DNA of 63,353 bases, filler included, from Intoshia linei (Eukaryota; Animalia; Orthonectida): NCBI GenBank assembly GCA_001642005.1. It is 8 parts of 8 records of this genome, joined end to end, with 100 filler letters (N's around TTAATTAATTAA, not from the genome) between each part and the next. Parts side by side here need not be neighbours in the genome. Positions count along the whole stretch, not along the records: positions 1 to 24,691 come from LWCA01000524.1; positions 24,792 to 29,835 come from LWCA01001860.1; 6 more parts are not named here. One strand, written 5' to 3'. Both the position numbers and the translations under genes were made by a program. Of this stretch, positions 13,428 to 26,237 are shown piece after piece. Under the pieces are notes generated by a model. The model was not told where the DNA came from. It saw only the letters and a list, made by a program, of their open reading frames with translations, and made no database searches. Position 1 is the first letter of the stretch. Each line of letters starts with the position of its first letter.

Positions 13428-14650
13428 TTTATTGTCCATTTTATTAAGTTTAAAATACTTTATATTTATTAAATTTTAATTTTAACTCTTTGAGGATACG
13501 TCGCACGTTATTTATAATATTTTTCGACATTATTTGAGAACAGCATTTAACATATCACTATTAATTGCATTTAACTAGTAATATATCATCCCTTTCTACT
13601 CTTTTTATTTATTAAAATATATTTAGTTTATTAAAAATTTTTATATTGCTGGTAAACAGCTATCACCAACTAATACTACTGTTGGTACCAAAACCAGCAA
13701 AATTTTATTGATACACACATATATAATATCAATAAATTATAAAATCGCAAAAGCCTTTGCGATAGCTAATTATTTAAGTAAACAATCTAAAATTTTGTTG
13801 GCTTCTAATTTCCTGTTATTTAGCCATAACACATTACCTATAAAGCAGTGATTTTTAACCTTTTTTGACCTATGCACCCCAAATATTGATTTTAATGACT
13901 GTGAACTAGGGTGGACACAATTTCAATATTTTTTAATTTATTATGGGCCATTTTCCATAAAGTTTCGTTTTTTTAAGTTAACTTAAAATACACACGGAGT
14001 ATTTTCCGTATGTGGATGCACACTAGTTTGTATCTAGTTGCAAAATAGTGTTTATGGGGTAGCACAATAGCTTGTATTTTAGTGCACAACTTTGTATTAC
14101 TGATATTAAAATTTAATCTTTATTTTTTACGATTTTTTATGGTTGTAACTGTAATTTAATTTTTTTTAACCGTTAAAAAGTGACACTCAATTTCTATAAA
14201 ATAAAAAAGTGGCCCTCGGCAGAGCTAGCCGCTGTTTTTCGACGTACATAACAGTCAAGCTAGTAATATGATAAAATTTGCGTTACATTAGAAACTTATG
14301 TATATATAAGTATTAGATATTGCATACATTATATATGTATACAATGTATGTATGTTTAATTTGAGGTAATCGTAGTTTTATTATTTTTAAGAATCGAGAT
14401 TAGTTGGGTCGTTGATCATGAATAACGAAAATTTATAAGAGTAAAATGTATCTTATTTGCTTTGAAAAAAAATTGGCTAAGAATTTGAGTTTTTTAAATT
14501 TCTGCTACATATGTTTTTTAATGAGTGGTTACAGTCATACATATTCAGACAGGAAGATATTCAATTTCATATCAGTAAAATTTACTGAAACTAAATGTAA
14601 GATAAATTTTATTGTAATAAATGTCATTATTTTCGGCTTGAAATTCAATT

Positions 14651-15360
14651 TCATTTACTTGGACCAACACCGTCACCACCTTCGACTGGTTTGCATAATA
14701 CAATATATATAGCTATACCCAATACTATTTCCAAAATTATATCAAATATCTAAATATATCGTTAGTTTTTTGTCTAATATCTTTAATTTCTATATATATA
14801 TTATATTATTATTAATATTTCGTTCATCAAATAGAATCAAATCCTAATCAACATATTACCCCTGCAATGATATGTGCAGTTCCACAATATCTATACGTGG
14901 ACCAAACAAATGCATTAATAAGATGCGGCAAAAATATTATCATGAATACAATATTTATGATCAATTCCTAAACAGACAATATTAAGTTATTATACGTAAT
15001 TAATTTAAGTAGTTAATAAAAGTTTAAAAAATATCAGTGTTATTAATTTAATTTATTTCGTGCGTTAATTAATAATTTTAACAATGTTAAAATTTTCAAT
15101 TTTAGCATACATATACATTTTATATTCTAAAAAAAACGAAAAAGAAAATTTTTTGTTTTCAACTCAGTTGAAAAATTAGTATACTTGTAAATTTAAATAT
15201 AAATTACTATAATCTTAAATTTGGGTACATTGATTGGCAATTGATACTTGAGAATTATAAAAATAGTTGCACAGATTAATAATATTGAGAATGCTATTCC
15301 ATAACCTATTATCCATCCACATGCAAATATACATACAATAAATATGATAAATGCAACAAT
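14651..15360 (-). CDS. MARVEL-domain-like multi-pass membrane protein (CMTM/PLLP/MAL-like), first exon not found; exons 15360-15208, 14967-14860, 14749-14651
   Basis: Three phase-0 exons (153, 108, 99 nt) with GT-AG introns give IVAFIIFIVCIFACGWIIGYGIAFSILLICATIFIILKYQLPINVPKFKII^ELIINIVFMIIFLPHLINAFVWSTYRYCGTAHIIAG^IFDIILEIVLGIAIYIVLCKPVEGGDGVGPSK*, with four hydrophobic segments. Family call is by pattern only. Confidence 0.6.
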
Positions 15361-17675
15361 CTAATAAATAACATGATTAGTATACGTTCAAAAGAAGTGA
15401 ATCGAGTTTTAATATAGTTACATGCTGTTAAAATCTAACTAAATAAAATATTTCGTTCTTTTAATGGTTAACACTATCACTAATGTCTATTGGAATACAA
15501 TTAAAAAAGGTTATTTCTTCTTTTAAAAACACTAATGAGGAAATTAAACCAGTTAAAAAATTCATACTTTTATTTCATTACTATGAAAATAATTCAATTT
15601 TTACAATTCTAAATAAAAATAAAATAATAATAATGAGTTAGAGTTTAACTTAAACTGAACAATAGTTGTAAAAAAATAAATATTTTTACACATTAAAATT
15701 ATAATTCACACAATTTAAGTGGGATTTTCAAAAGTTTTTTAAAATTTTTGGGGATCATCAAATGTATCAAATATTGAATATATCAGAAAAGTAGAAAATT
15801 TTTAATAATTCTAGTGTTGTTAACAAAGAAAAAATTATTTTTCGGTACGAATATATGTATTAAGATTAAAAATTGAACAGTATAGGTTGTAATAAGTAAT
15901 TTTAAAAATAAAATTCGGATTTTTTCAAAAAAAAATCTTCCCTTTTTATGATCATGCATTTTTGTGCATGATATTATATAAAATATACCAATTTTATAAT
16001 TTGAATGATAAAATTCCAAGATTTTGGTACATAATCTCCCATTGCAGTAACTTTTTATAAATAAAATGTTTTTTATATCCAAGATATATTCCATAAGAAT
16101 TTTCTTTTGTGATTCATCAGACAGTTTACATAAACAAAATATTTTATATACTTCAAATACACAGTATTTCAGATTTGATTGATTCAACTTGTGTTTAAAT
16201 CTATTATTTCGTAATTATATACATTACTGAAGTAATTACATGTATTACATTGTTATAATACATTGTGATGTATACATTATAAATGTTGTTATAAAGGTAA
16301 AATATAATTATTTGACATTGCTGAAAGTCGATATGGCATGTATTAGATTTATCGATAATACAAATCATTTATCAGGTTATGTGCTAGTTCAATGGTAAAT
16401 TAACAATTTTTCATTAGGTTGTCCACTTTTGATGTGTTTTTTTATTAGAAATCCCCCTTTTGCACGTGAATGGTTTCGTGGTTTTTGGTTTGAAGCATTT
16501 ATCTAAGTTAATTAAATCGGTTTATATTTACCTTTCCCTTAAAAGTACTTATTAAAATTCAGACAAAAATTTTAAGATGAATATAAAATATAACCTTACA
16601 TTATTGATAATCAGCTTTGAATTAGTTTCTATGATTGTAATTCCTTTAATAGGTTTAACATTGTTTGTGGACCTTTTTTTTTAATTTAAATCTATCTCAT
16701 TCATTTTGGTTTATAATGATGTTTGAATTCTTCATAATTAACCGCATAAAGTACAGAATCTTTATATATAATATACAATGAATACAATACATAGTAGATA
16801 AAATTTATTATAAACTCAAAATAAATTTCGTATCGTAGCATTGAATATACTACATTCTAGTATATTCAACAAAATAAAATCCAGGCCGACCTAAAAATTC
16901 AATATTAATCCTAACGAGACAATTGCATGTATATATAAATACCAAAAACTTAACTCTAAAATTTGCATTGGATAGTCTTCAAACCAAAATAAGGTGCAAC
17001 CAATATAAATTATAAATCAATTAATGTTCATACAATAAAATTTAGTTATATAATATAATTAGCGTAAAATTAATTTTATTATCATTGTTTACATTATGGA
17101 AACATAAAAATAGAAAATACAATAGACGAGACTTGATTGTAATTGCGTGTCATTAATCAAATATATTTTATTGTTAATTCTTAGCCAAACATTAACGCCA
17201 GATTTAAGTTGTTCATTTTAAAAAAAAATCTAGGGTTAAAGGGTTAAAATAATTATAGTGAGCCAATTATAGTAAAAAGTGTTTAAAACGACGTTTAAAT
17301 TTGAAAAATTTATATATTTACTCAAAAGGTAAAAAATATTATTCTGTGGACCACTCGTAGATCCCAATATAATTCAAAAAAGAGGGACAAGGGAAAATAT
17401 TAAATATGGTAGAAAAAATAAATTTAAAGGAAAAAGACATGATCATAAGGCTAAATAGATCTTTTAATTCCAAAAATTTTAATATTATGATGACTAATGG
17501 AAATTCAATAGACATATAGTACAATACATATATTTTAACATGATAATAATTGAAGTATATAATATAGAGATAGTATATTATATTTCTAATCATGTCTATA
17601 TACATATTCAGTGTATATATATGTATATTAAGGTGTTTCATGGTTTAAAAGAAAGAATAACTTTAAGTTAAAATA

Positions 17676-18350
17676 CACTGCGTTTTAAGTTATTATGCAA
17701 ACATTACAAACATTAATACTTTAAAAAGTAGTCACTTAATTCTGTTAATTTTTTCATCATAATTTAATCATTCACCATATATAACGTTATTGTTAAAAAA
17801 AAATTTATCACATATCCAAAAAAGCATCATATTTAAAATTTTATATTTTTGGGTAATTTTTGGTGTGCCAAATTATTATGCTAATCAAAATTTAAAATAA
17901 TTATTGGTAAATCAAAAGAATCAAAACAAATCAAATCAAAAAAATCAATGCAAAAACAAATGAAAACCTTACGAAATTCATGGATAAACGATTTTTTCTT
18001 GTAATATCCCGGAAAGAAGGTATATTAATATGTAAAGTTTAATTACATTTTTTTTGCTTGAATTTGACTTAGAATACAATGGATTATATTATTTAAATAT
18101 TTAAAAAAATTTATTTATTCGTATTGACAAGAAATTATTGTTTAATATTCATTTGCATAATAATTTGGCACACCAAAAATCACAAAATTTTCTTAAATCT
18201 TTGTGTATTCATTTTTTTTGAATACATTACATTTTTCTTGGAACTTTAAAGTATTATCAGTTGACTATATAAATATGATAAAAAAATTAAGAGAATTAAG
18301 TGACTACTTTTTAAATTATTAATGTTTCCATAATCACTTGGAACGCAGTG
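17676..18350. mobile_element. Tc1/mariner-type MITE with ~200-bp TIRs
   Basis: TA|CACTGCGTT...AACGCAGTG|TA; inverted matches continue through AAAAAGTAGTCACTTAATTC and TTTTGGTGTGCCAAATTATTATGC. Confidence 0.85.
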
Positions 18351-19271
18351 TAGATGTAGTTTTTAGTAAAAATCATAATGATGATAAAAAATCATGTAAA
18401 TTTCAAATATTTCACTAAATATCAAGTTAAGTAATATATAATTCATAAAGTAAAAACAATTTTAAAAATTGTCATAAATAGCATAAATTCGAGAAAAATA
18501 AAATTGTAAAAATCTATTTTGTCAATTTTTTATGATTATATATATTCAGTACCAATTTAATAAATACTTAAAAATACCAATTATCTATCAATAATTAACG
18601 GAATCTTCACTTTATAAACATATTTCATGCGAATTTTACCAATATTGCAGACGATTGTAATAAAAATAATAATAACAAAGTTGTATTATTTTTAGTAATT
18701 CGTTGTTGTAGTTTTAAATTAAATTTTAAACAAAACATTTTGAAATTGAGAATTTGAATTGAATAAAAAATTGCGAAAGAATAAATTATATAGATTTTAA
18801 CCAATATTTCTTTATTGGAAATGTGTAAATGTGTTCTATGCAATTTTTTTTTAAATTGTGGGATCAATATTTACATTTTTAATTTTTATTTTAATCGAAA
18901 TACTTGAAAAATATTGGTTAATAATATATTAAAAATTATTTTTCACCGGGAATGCGTAAATTTCTGGGGTTGAAATTTTGTATTTATATCAAATTAAATA
19001 AGCTCTATCAGAATAATTATTTTTTTAATTTTCGGAAAATTAATTATTTCACATTTTTTGTTTTAATAAAATATTTCGGAAAAAAAATATATGAAAATTA
19101 AATGCTTTTTTTGACCGTGAAGTCGTCACTTATCAGATCGACATTTTTAATGTGTGTTAACAGGATATAACTATACTATAAGTATATTCTCCAAAAAAAT
19201 CAAAAAATTTACTTTACTTTTTATTATGTTTTTACTATTTTTTTATATCTGCATAACAAATTGGTACATAC

Positions 19272-19696
19272 TGTGTATAGTATGATAGTTATCATCTATT
19301 TGGAAATAACAAATATTTATTTTAAAGAACTTTACATATGATGGTGAATAAAGTGACTGCAAATGAAACTATTTATATAAGGGTAAAAATATCAAACATT
19401 ACTTATATTATTTTCTAAATAAACTTAATTTTCTTAATTGTCATTTTATAGTAAATTAAGTTAATAATAATTAATAAAATTGGAAAGTTAAAAATATGTA
19501 ACAATTTTAAAAGTGAGAATTAACCGTTAGGGTCATTACAATAATTATTAGCACGCAACATGCGTGTTTTTAATTGCATTTTTAAGTCATCTAATAGCAT
19601 AGGAGTAATAAAGGCTTATAATTGTATTTTAAAGCAAGCTACCGCTGATTCTATACGGTTCATATTAGATATTCCAAATTCCATTGAACATTTCAT
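19272..19696 (-). CDS. candidate micro-exon gene (exons 19696-19657, 19614-19525, 19414-19403, 19368-19336, 19295-19272; 3' end not found)
   Basis: GT-AG introns of 42, 110, 34 and 40 nt; internal exons of 90, 12, 33 and 24 nt, all phase 1-1; open reading frame throughout. No recognised homology. Confidence 0.4.
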
Positions 19697-19866
19697 CTTG
19701 AATATAAAATGTGAAAAAAATATAATTAAAACTGTATATTGCTAATCTACCGATATTAAATGAAACTAAATAAATAATATATCATCTAAGAATTCATATT
19801 TGTTTAACTTACAGTATTATTTCATATATTATTTAAAGACTATAGCATTTATATTAATCTAAGAAC

Positions 19867-20310
19867 ATGTTTTTCAAATTATTGAGCCTATTTTTCGCAT
19901 TGTTTTTAACGACAATTTCAGGACAATGTATAATATGGTATAATTGTAGTTTCAAAATATATGTAGATGCCTGTGGTACTTTTCAGAGAAAGGACAATCT
20001 TATATGCAAAAGTAATATAATTTATTATACATAAATTATTTTAAATTAAATTTAAATATATAAATTGGTACTAAATTCTGAATATATAGGAAAAATACAG
20101 TACTAATCTAAACAAATCGCGGTAAATCATACTTTACCCACATTTATACTAAATATTTAAAAATTTTCCGTATATTTTCCTTGATGTGGATAATATACCA
20201 GCAATGTATTATATATTTTAAAATAATACTTTTAGCTTGCTTCGAATCATATATAAACGAAGGCCTATGTCAATCGTGTTTAAATGTCAAATTGAATGAT
20301 AAATGCCAAA
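19867..20310 (+). CDS. candidate small secreted Cys-rich protein (exons 19867-20011, 20236-20310; further exons uncertain)
   Basis: MFFKLLSLFFALFLTTISG (signal-peptide-like) QCIIWYNCSFKIYVDACGTFQRKDNLICK^TCFESYINEGLCQSCLNVKLNDKCQ; phase-1 GT-AG junctions and a 75-nt symmetric exon. Confidence 0.5.
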
Positions 20311-20759
20311 GTACATATTATTTATATCTAATATAAATCTATCTACACTGTAGTTTATACAGTATAGTTTAATCTGTGTCTTACTAAAATTAACAATGTA
20401 ACAAGTAGCAAATATCCAAATTTATGAATCAACACTACTATATACTAGTATATGCAGGGTGTTTACTTGCCCTGTATACACTTCTAAATATATGCATGTA
20501 TACTGTCATAATATTAAAAATCATCTAAAGACATAAAGTTTGAAGATGTATACCAATGATGTAATAAAAGTTGAATGTAGTTCAATACTTAAATAACAAT
20601 TTATATATAAAAACAAAATATCCAACAATTTACATAAATACTAACTTGATTAATTTTAAGGCAACATGTTCATTTTATAAACATGTTGAAAGAATTCAAT
20701 AAACTGTATAACACCAAAAATAATGTCAACCCAGATATATATAACTATTTAAATTTTGA

Positions 20760-21651
20760 ACGAAATGTTTTGAAAATGATAATTTATAATTTAAAAATTG
20801 CGTAGAAATAAAAAAAATCCGAAGGAATGAATTATATAAATTTTCACCCATATTTCTTTATTGGAAATGTGTAGAGGTTCAATGCACATTTTTTTATGCA
20901 ATTATAGGATCAATATTTACATTTTTAATTTTTATTTTAATTGAAATATTTGAAAAATATTGGTTGATAATATATTAAAAGTATTTTTCACCCGGGAATG
21001 CGTAGATTTCTCGGGTTGAACTTTTGTATTTATATTAACTGGAATAAGCTCTATCAAAATAATCTTTTTTTTAATTTTCGAACCGTTAATTATTTCACAT
21101 TTTTTGTTTTAATAAAAAATATTTCGGAAAAAAAATAGACCTTTAATTATTTCACATTTTTTGTTTTAATAAAATATTTCGGAAAAAAAATATATGAAAA
21201 TTAAAATGCTTTTTTGACCATTATAGCGTCACTTATTCAGATTGAAATTTTTGGTGTGTTAACAGGATAAAACTATACTACCTGTAAATTTTTTTAAATT
21301 CTAGGATTTTTTTCATTAAAAAAAGAAGGGTAATTTGTGGTTTTGACCCTGAAGTTATGATTGTTTTAAATTTAAATTTATGATAATATTTATGATTTTA
21401 AAATCCGTATTAGAGTATATATTTTTTTAAACTCTCGAATTCGTTTGATTTTCAAAAAAAAATGACAATTAGGCTTTTTGACCCGTAAGATGTGAGTTTG
21501 GAGGTTGATATTTATTTTGCTAACACCCCGAAAAAACTGTAATTGAAATGTGAACTTTATAAAATTCTAAGACTGGTAGTTATTGAAATAAACGGAAACA
21601 CACACACAGACACATAAACAAATATTGCGTAGCATATTATATAAGTAAGGA
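20760..21651 (-). mobile_element. longer copy of the Helitron-like repeat
   Basis: Reverse complement begins TCCTTACTTATATAATATGCTACGC; its internal segment recurs at about 3600-3750, 18800-19200 and 27640-27885. Confidence 0.65.
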
Positions 21652-22710
21652 TGTATCGTATTCACATAAATTTACCGAGTATACATCAAAAATGCACTAA
21701 AAATCTTTTTACAACATTTTAACTGTTTTGCTAGTAGAGACAATTAGTGGTATAAATAATAAAGGTGATACAATTTTAAAATTATATACATCTTAAAAAT
21801 AAACCCTGTATTATCATATCCGTTTTTAAACGTGCAGGGTCGAAAATCTTACAAACTAAAAATTACTAATTATTACTAAAAACATTTTTAGTAAATATGC
21901 GTAAAGCAATATAGCAATAAAATACGAAAATACAATAATTAAAATTTTTTTAAATTATTACTAACTTAACTTTAAATTGACATCAAAAAGTTTGTCAGAC
22001 AACCCCGCCAGCTACTTTAAAAATTACTTTAAAAGGTGTTTTAGGGTATCGGTTAACATAATATTCTGTATATACTATAGATATCTACAACACGGTCCAG
22101 ACGGCTATTCGACATGAATAGAAGTTTGTGTTTGACTAAAATTGTCGGGACTTTAGAAGTACACATAGAGTACACGTTCGTGTTCGTTTTCGGTTAAATT
22201 TAGTTTTGACTGTTACTTGAATAATTTTTATTAATGAAATTTTAAACTTTGTGCTTCTGGTCGTGTTAATACAATTTTCAAGTTCGAGTTAGGATCGTGA
22301 CTGGAACCGTGTTGCAAAACTTCTATATTTAGACATATTAATAGTATTTGATTAAATTAAATCAAATTAAATAAAATGTAGTTGGTAAATTTTATATTTA
22401 ATATAACTACCTAATTTGTTGCAATTAAATTGGTTGCATCAATTAATTCCAATCCCTGATTAACAGTGTAACTAATGTAATAAAATTGATTACATGGTAT
22501 ATAGTTTAAGTTGTTTTAATATAAATAATTTTTGCGGTTATATAACGGTTCTACTGTAGCTTTTATAATTTTGTTAAAATAATAATAATCCGATGATCGG
22601 ATGTAATAATCTGTGGAGATTTATCATTTTATTCAGATTATAAACTATTGAGATTCACAAAGAGATGAATATTTTACATTAGTGACTGAACAAATTAATT
22701 AATAAAAATA

Positions 22711-23150
22711 CAGTATTCTCTCTATAACTGGCCATTCATGGGATTTAGAAAAAGTTTGCGAAATAGGGAATTTGACGAGATAGTGAATTTAAAACTATAA
22801 AAACCTTTAAATTAAAAGTTAAATTAAAGTGGCCAGAAAAATACGTACTATCACTTTTAGTTTATTTGGAATAAATTTTAAGCCGAAATTGTTTATTCGT
22901 CATCGCAGATAAAGTAGTTTTGGCTTTACATTTAACACCAAATAAACTAAAATTGATAGTACGTTTTTTTTCTAGCCACTTTAGTTAAATTGCAATAAAA
23001 TGTAAATTGTAATATGAATTGTAAAATTTAATCTAAAATAACTTACTTATTTTGAAAAATGGTTTTAAAACTTTTAGATTACATTATAAATTAATGGCGA
23101 GTTAGAAAGTTGGCAAGTTACAGAGTTGGCGAGTTGTGGAAAGAATACTG
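22711..23150. mobile_element. Tc1/pogo-type MITE containing a nested ~160-bp TIR element (about 22824-22984)
   Basis: TA|CAGTATTCT...AGAATACTG|TA. The nested element TTAAAGTGGCCAGAAAAATACGTACTATCA...TGATAGTACG..CTAGCCACTTTAG has a sister copy at about 41695-41864. Confidence 0.8.
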
Positions 23151-23325
23151 TATTATCAACAATAAAATATAATTGTTAATATTACATCATATTTATTACT
23201 ATATATTATTCATTATAGTTTGTAAATTCTACTTAATTTTTAAATAAAAATATTGGGTCTTGTGTAAAAGAACTACATCTATGCAAATTAACTAAGATAT
23301 CATTTATTTTATTAGGTATATATTA

Positions 23326-24086
23326 GGGTGTTTGACATTTTGAAAAAAATTTAGTTTTAAAATAACTTTAGGGACATTTTTCTTACGATCACGTAAGAAA
23401 TTAAATGCTAAAAGAAGTTTTAATTAGCATGTAGTTATTAGTGTTATTTTTAGTGTAAATTTTAAAAAAACATGCATTATGAGAAGCATAGAAATTTGTT
23501 AACATTTTCGTAAATCTCAATGTCAGAAACTTAAACCTTAATTGTCAAAACTACCAGTTACCCTATGGTTTAAAATTAAAAAAAATTCTAAGATTTAATA
23601 AAACATAAAGTGTGGGATAATTTTTAAAATCAAATAAATTATCATAAATTGCAAATCACAGTGCTCAATATTAAATGACATTTTCACCTATCTACTCAGT
23701 TCAAAAATTGTCGAAAAAATTTAAAATCATATGGGTCTACAACGTAAAATAAAATATTTAATGTATTTAAAATTTTACAAAAATTTAAAAATGTTTTATA
23801 TTGAAAAATTTTTTTTAAATAATTAGTGCATGCTTGTATATTTTCCATGTAGTTAAAAAATCAAAATTGGTTCAGTTTTGTGTGTGTAAAAGGCATTTTA
23901 GTTTGCAAAAATAATAAAATTATAGAAATATAAAAAAAAGTTCAAAAAAAGTGAACTTTAGTCGCCCAGTTAAATTGCAAAATTGTGCGCTAATATTCGA
24001 GATACTTTCTTAGAATCACCAATAATTACGATACTGAAATATAATGTTCAATTTTTTAAAAAAAGTGTCTTTTTAGGACACCCTAA
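23326..24086. mobile_element. TIR element with (T)TAGGGTG termini (PIF/Harbinger-like MITE)
   Basis: ATATATTAGGGTGT ... ACACCCTAATATAT inverted termini; similar single termini near 3816, 7599, 13907, 30010 and 60078. Confidence 0.6.
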
Positions 24087-25398
24087 TATATACATAATAT
24101 ATATAATAGTAATTTGATATACTAATTATAATTCCAACTAATAAATTATTAAACATTTTAGTAAGTATATCTAAAATTTATAAATTGTTATACATAATAG
24201 TTATAGCTTACTTAAAACTCAATTTAATTATTTAAATAATTGCCATATTATATGATTATCATTATATAGTTGGTATATGTTTAATTATATAATAATTATT
24301 ATACTATATTATAATAATAAAATTAATTAAATTTTTATAGAAATTTTGTTAATCGCTTGCAACATTTCATTAATAATAAAAATTATAATATATTATTGAA
24401 GCATTTCAGAGTTTGAACATATTTTTAAATCTGTGATTTTTTGATCTATGAAAATAAATGACAAAAAAACATTTATTTTCAAATCTCGTCAATTGATTAT
24501 CACGTCATCAAATAAAGAACCTGAAATACTCTAATATTATATTTTTAATAAGTTTACAAAATTTTGATAAAAAAAATAAAAGATTTATTTGAAAGCAATA
24601 TTTTGTAATAAAAATGTCATTTTTTCATAATATTGTAATAACTATTTAGGATGTAAATATATTTTATATAATAATGTATAATTATATATAANNNNNNNNN
24701 NNNNNNNNNNNNNNNNNNNNNNNNNNNNNNNNNNNTTAATTAATTAANNNNNNNNNNNNNNNNNNNNNNNNNNNNNNNNNNNNNNNNNNNNGTATCTTTA
24801 ATATGCATTTGAAATTGTCAAACGTATAAAAAATAATGAAATGACAATAAATATTGTTTTTAGCAACATTTTAAACATAACCAAAATTGTTAACTTTTCT
24901 ACAATGAAACAGTTTATAACAACTCAATTTTACGTTCCACTGAAAACAATTTTGGCTGTAATTTGATTTTAGATTAAAGATTTACAAAATCAATCAAAAC
25001 TACAGTGCAATGAAACTTCTCCAAGCATATTAATTCAAAATTTTCTGCGTAATGTAATTATTTTAAACCTTTAAAATATAGTGATGCTGATGTAAACGTC
25101 TCTTTATATTTTATTGGACTGATTATTAAATCTTCAATGAACGACCATAATACTCAAAATTAGATTTGGTTACGTTTAAAAAAATTTAATACACATATTT
25201 GACTACCAAATTACAGTGCATTCCAATAAGACAATAAAAAATTAATAGTAAAATAAATTATTTTTTTGTAATTACAAATTCTTATAGTTTTTAATACGAA
25301 TTTGTGATTATATTGTTGGAACGCCGTGTATATTCGATATCATGGCTAATTAAATTATAACAGCATCAATTTTTGTATAAGTATTTATTAGTGTACAT

Positions 25399-25764
25399 CA
25401 GGGCTTCTCAACCTTTATTTAGAATCCCTTTTCCATAATTTAAAATAAAAATCGCATATTTTTAGATTAATAAAATTTACTTAGTAACTCACAACTAGTT
25501 AGTTTTTTTTAATTACCTTTTAGTAACAAGTTTTTACTGTTACTCAAATTTTTAAAGAATCGCCCATAGAATCAATATTTATCTTTAAAAAATTCTGATA
25601 CTTTTTTAGGATATTTTAGCAATGAAATTGATGAAAAAGACTTTAATATTTTAATCAAATGACGAAAAATTATTTGTGACTTTCCAAAAATATTATTAGA
25701 TTATTTATTTTGTGAAATAAAATAGAAAAATCGCCCCTTGGTCGACCACTTTTGAGAAACTCTG
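25399..25764. mobile_element. hAT-type MITE
   Basis: TIRs CAGGGCTTCTCAA / TTGAGAAACTCTG; TSD GTGTACAT / GTGTAGAT. Confidence 0.8.
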
Positions 25765-25877
25765 GTGTAGATCAGCACCAAAATGTAAACCATATTAATT
25801 GAATTTGGTCTGTCTCTGAAATAAATTATGGAATTGATTTTGTTAAAAGGAATCTATATTATTTTTTTCAGACGTTT

Positions 25878-26237
25878 AATATAATTTAGACTGAATCCTC
25901 CAGATTGGAATCATTGGACCTTGGAATGTCTATAGTTTCCTGTGATCAAAATACAATTTAATTGTAAAATATATTAAATTTTTTATTTTTTGCATATCTA
26001 AGNATTCTCTAAATTGAAATCATTGGACCTTGAAATGTCTACAGTTTCCTGTGATCAAAATACAATTTAATTGTAAAATATATTAAATTTTTTATTTTTT
26101 GCATATCTAANTAATATAATTTAGACTGAATCCTCCAGATTGGAATCATTGGACCTTGGAATGTCTATAGTTTCCTGTGATCAAAATACAATTTAATTGT
26201 AAAATATATTAAATTTTTTATTTTTTGCATATCTAAG
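25878..26237. repeat. three tandem copies of a ~100-125-bp unit separated by single Ns
   Basis: ATCATTGGACCTTGGAATGTCTATAGTTTCCTGTGATCAAAATAC... repeated three times; single N at the junctions suggests an assembly effect. Confidence 0.75.

Noticed and set aside
14602-14753. Possible plus-strand terminal TBX20 exon (..LLGPTPSPPSTG..)
   Set aside because: Weak acceptor. 13243-13427 gives a better phase-matched last exon, and this stretch is explained by the minus-strand membrane gene.
15783-18867. ORF-track entries 15783-16187, 17339-17641, 18625-18867 and similar I/F/K/N-rich ORFs elsewhere
   Set aside because: Composition mirrors AT-rich background or repeats; no motifs or splice support.
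23325-23335. TTAGGG motifs as interstitial telomere seeds
   Set aside because: Single copies that coincide with MITE termini, not tandem arrays.
24692-24791. TTAATTAATTAA palindrome flanked by N runs (also near 29880, 52891, 56133, 57501, 59268 and 60479)
   Set aside because: An identical 12-mer with stops in all six frames centred in N runs is an artificial scaffold linker, not biology. Adjacency across these gaps is unverified.
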